Below, piece after piece: positions 25,094 to 25,335 of a DNA stretch of 25,335 bases. Below the pieces are notes generated by a model. That model made no database searches and was not told the DNA's origin. It saw nothing but the letters and a program-made list of their open reading frames with translations. The translations under genes were made by a program, and so were the position numbers. This stretch comes from an uncultured archaeon (lineage in GTDB: Archaea; Asgardarchaeota; Thorarchaeia; Thorarchaeales; Thorarchaeaceae). The DNA is taken from positions 1 through 25,335 of the forward strand of contig CAZYLT010000025.1 of NCBI GenBank assembly GCA_964648855.1, given 5' to 3'. The first letter of the stretch is position 1, and every line of letters starts with the position of its first letter.

Positions 25094-25335
25094 ATGCATG
25101 GTTACATGGGGAAAATACTCACTGTTAACCTCACAAAAGCAGTAGTTTCGGATATCTCGATAGAACCCGAAATTGCTCAATCATTCATAGGAGGAAGTGG
25201 CTATGCAGCAAGGTTACTGTATGATTACCTGGATCCAAATGTACAACCACTCGATCCTGAAAATCCACTCTTATTCATGACTGGTCCGCTGACCGGAACC
25301 CTAGCCCCCTGTACCGGTCGTCATGTGGTTTGCTC
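25094..25335 (+). CDS. aor: Aldehyde:ferredoxin oxidoreductase family protein (only the 5' portion is in the window)
   Basis: Manual translation MHGYMGKILTVNLT...FIGGSGYAARLLY...PLDPENPLLFMTGPLTGT...GRH is the AOR N-terminal signature; 27 nt after the hydA stop. Confidence 0.88.
   Translation, partial: MHGYMGKILTVNLTKAVVSDISIEPEIAQSFIGGSGYAARLLYDYLDPNVQPLDPENPLLFMTGPLTGTLAPCTGRHVVC

Noticed and set aside
1-25335. CRISPR arrays, transposons, rRNA/tRNA genes, global TAG recoding
   Set aside because: No regular repeats, transposase or RNA-gene signatures were seen by eye; TAG terminates eight genes at their expected ends.

Overview
Archaeal energy-metabolism locus. The lineage is probably Asgard (Thorarchaeia-like), which is an inference from protein style and gene content, not from a marker gene. 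Contents: a 2-oxoacid:ferredoxin oxidoreductase operon start (korD-korA); a membrane-anchored winged-helix regulator coupled to a cell-surface glycoprotein; three hdrC-hdrB pairs; two giant double-FAD HdrA proteins, one fused to MvhD; a radical SAM enzyme; an orphan 3xPAS histidine kinase; an ADP-ribosylglycohydrolase; a DUF2096-like protein; a GNAT acetyltransferase; a complete Pyrococcus SHI-like group 3b [NiFe] hydrogenase (hydBGDA); and the 5' end of an aldehyde:ferredoxin oxidoreductase. No mvhAG, fdh, mcr, dsrC or apr partner lies in the window. The best candidate for an undescribed system is therefore an Hdr-centred electron-bifurcation network of unknown disulfide and donor, possibly wired to the 3b hydrogenase (HydB/HydG are homologous to Flx subunits) and carrying its own accessory and regulatory genes. 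The ORF track missed a 162-codon membrane-protein gene split by one in-frame TAG (19433-19921) and the partial AOR. Structured non-coding leaders precede korD and hdrA-mvhD. No rRNA, tRNA, CRISPR array, mobile element or selenocysteine codon was found.
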